Below, one piece after another: positions 15,727-16,776 of a stretch of 16,776 nt of DNA (its first letter is position 1; each line of letters begins with the position of its first letter). The stretch comes from a virus. The notes beneath the pieces were generated by a model. It saw only the letters and a list, made by a program, of their open reading frames with translations. It did not search any database and was not told the DNA's origin. The DNA is taken from UHGV virus genome UHGV-1844214. One strand, written 5' to 3'. Position numbers and translations under genes: made by a program.

Positions 15727-15875
15727 TGCCGCCAGTTAAAGTTGTGATTATCACTTTGGTGATGATAGTGATTGCGAGAATCATGTCTGGTGAAATTGGG
15801 TGGATATGGTAATGACCAAGGCAGCAGCAGAGCGCAACTAACAATCCTCGCACTCGCGGGGATTTCTTTTATCTG

Positions 15876-15900
15876 AACTCGCTACGGCGAGTTTTGTTTT
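15876..15900 (+). terminator. Intrinsic terminator
   Basis: AACTCGC-tacg-GCGAGTT hairpin followed by TTGTTTT. Confidence 0.5.
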
Positions 15901-15913
15901 ATGGAGATGATAA

Positions 15914-16081
15914 ATGCACTTCCGAGTCACAGGTGAATGGAATGGAGAACCATTCGACAGGGTTATCGAAGCAGAGGACATCAACGACTGCTATAACCAC
16001 TGGATGATATGGGCGCAGATAGCACATGCAGACGTAACCAATATTCGAATTGAAGAACTGAAAGAACACCAAGCCTCCTGA
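15914..16081 (+). CDS. Hypothetical small protein (55 aa)
   Basis: Hand translation from ATG 15914 (GGAG SD): MHFRVTGEWNGEPFDRVIEAEDINDCYNHWMIWAQIAHADVTNIRIEELKEHQAS. Confidence 0.35.
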   Translation: MHFRVTGEWNGEPFDRVIEAEDINDCYNHWMIWAQIAHADVTNIRIEELKEHQAS

Positions 16082-16107
16082 TGGCGGTTTTTTATTGGAG
16101 ACAAGAA

Positions 16108-16452
16108 ATGTCAGATTTGACTATAAAGGTTTTGAAATGGCAATCTACTGGCGATGTCGGCATCAGTAGCGCAACTCTTGCCTCAATCGCATGTGGACTG
16201 AAAAAGAATATCTATGGTCATCACTTCGACGCACCCTATGACGCAGCAGATTTCCGGCGATGCGTTGCACTTGTTGAGCAGATTCCAGAAATCAGAGATT
16301 CATTCGGCAAGGTTGCAAAGCGCGTTCCGGCATTCAAAGGCATCCTCAACGAATGGGATTCACTCGTTGCTCTGTTGAAGTCTGAAATGAAGACGTACGG
16401 GAACAAAGCACCAGAGACTTACAGAAGAATCAGCGAGCTACGCAAGGACTAA
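16108..16452 (+). CDS. Hypothetical protein (114 aa from ATG 16108; 123 aa if ATG 16081 is used)
   Basis: ORF track 16081..16452; the internal ATG at 16108 has a GGAG SD at proper spacing, the 16081 ATG has none. Confidence 0.5.
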   Translation: MSDLTIKVLKWQSTGDVGISSATLASIACGLKKNIYGHHFDAPYDAADFRRCVALVEQIPEIRDSFGKVAKRVPAFKGILNEWDSLVALLKSEMKTYGNKAPETYRRISELRKD

Positions 16453-16509
16453 CCCGCCTCACACTCGATGAGGCATTTTCATTTATCAAGATATCCAGAC
16501 CTACCATCG

Positions 16510-16530
16510 CCGCATCAATGCGGTTTTTTT
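16510..16530 (+). terminator. Intrinsic terminator
   Basis: CCGCA-tcaa-TGCGG hairpin followed by TTTTTTT; a second hairpin with a U-rich tail lies at 16456-16484. Confidence 0.55.
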
Positions 16531-16575
16531 ATTGCCTGATTTGCAGGTTCGATTCCCTATTCGGAGATAGCACTC

Positions 16576-16776
16576 ATGCAACACGAACTACAGCCTGATT
16601 CCCTGGTTGATTTGAAATTCATCATGGCCGATACTGGCTTCGGTAAGACCTTCATCTATGACCGGATTAAGTCCGGAGACCTGCCAAAAGCCAAAGTTAT
16701 CCACGGGCGAGCAAGATGGTTATATCGTGACCATTGTGAATTCAAAAATAAGCTCTTAAGCCGCGCCAATGGGTAA
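16576..16776 (+). CDS. AlpA/Xis-family small DNA-binding protein (66 aa), putative excisionase or regulator
   Basis: Pattern ..LKFIMADTGFGKTFIYDRIKSGDLPKAKVIHGRARWLYRDHCEF.. resembles AlpA-family regulators and excisionases as recalled; lies at the far end of the early-left operon where xis/int are expected. Confidence 0.55.
   Translation: MQHELQPDSLVDLKFIMADTGFGKTFIYDRIKSGDLPKAKVIHGRARWLYRDHCEFKNKLLSRANG

Noticed and set aside
15723-15812. 29-aa hydrophobic ORF (MMPPVKVVIITLVMIVIARIMSGEIGWIW) overlapping the DUF551 stop
   Set aside because: Too short to call with no distinctive evidence; it could be a real small membrane peptide, but I cannot support it from sequence alone.
16541-16560. 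tRNA T-arm-like motif GGTTCGATTCC upstream of the AlpA/Xis-like gene
   Set aside because: No complementary T-stem, acceptor stem or anticodon arm can be drawn on either strand; probably a chance match. An att core derived from a tRNA 3' end cannot be excluded without the flanking host sequence.
1-16776. CRISPR arrays, rRNA/tRNA genes, IS elements or transposase genes
   Set aside because: No regularly spaced direct repeats, no rRNA or tRNA-like structures and no transposase-like ORFs or terminal inverted repeats were seen; the only clear repeat arrays are the ori iterons and the duplicated 17-bp start cassette.

Overview
This window is a lambdoid (phage lambda-like) prophage or phage segment, read here in reverse orientation relative to the conventional lambda map. 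Calls are from reading the sequence and recalling lambda protein and site sequences; no searches were run. Left to right: lysis genes R (truncated at the window edge) and S on the minus strand; the late control region (pR'/qut, 6S leader, tR'); antiterminator Q; a nin region (ninI phosphatase, ninH, ninG/rap, ninF, ninE, a Dam-like N6-adenine methyltransferase where lambda has ninC/ninD, ninB-like); three tightly packed small hydrophobic ORFs where lambda has ren; a non-lambda replication module (DnaB-family helicase plus an O-like initiator with internal iterons); cII with oop, tR1 and nutR; a heteroimmune cro/cI pair whose cI has a lambda-type C-terminal domain; pL/nutL/N on the plus strand with no rexAB; an AT-rich accessory island downstream of N; cIII-like and kil-like genes; RecT with no partner exonuclease; a run of small early-left accessory ORFs (Ea22-like, DUF551-like); and an AlpA/Xis-like gene at the right edge. 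The regions most likely to hold undescribed biology are the AT-rich cargo downstream of N (9953-11504, including a gene split at a G7 tract) and the small membrane-protein cluster at 4763-5384. No CRISPR array, rRNA, tRNA or IS element was found.
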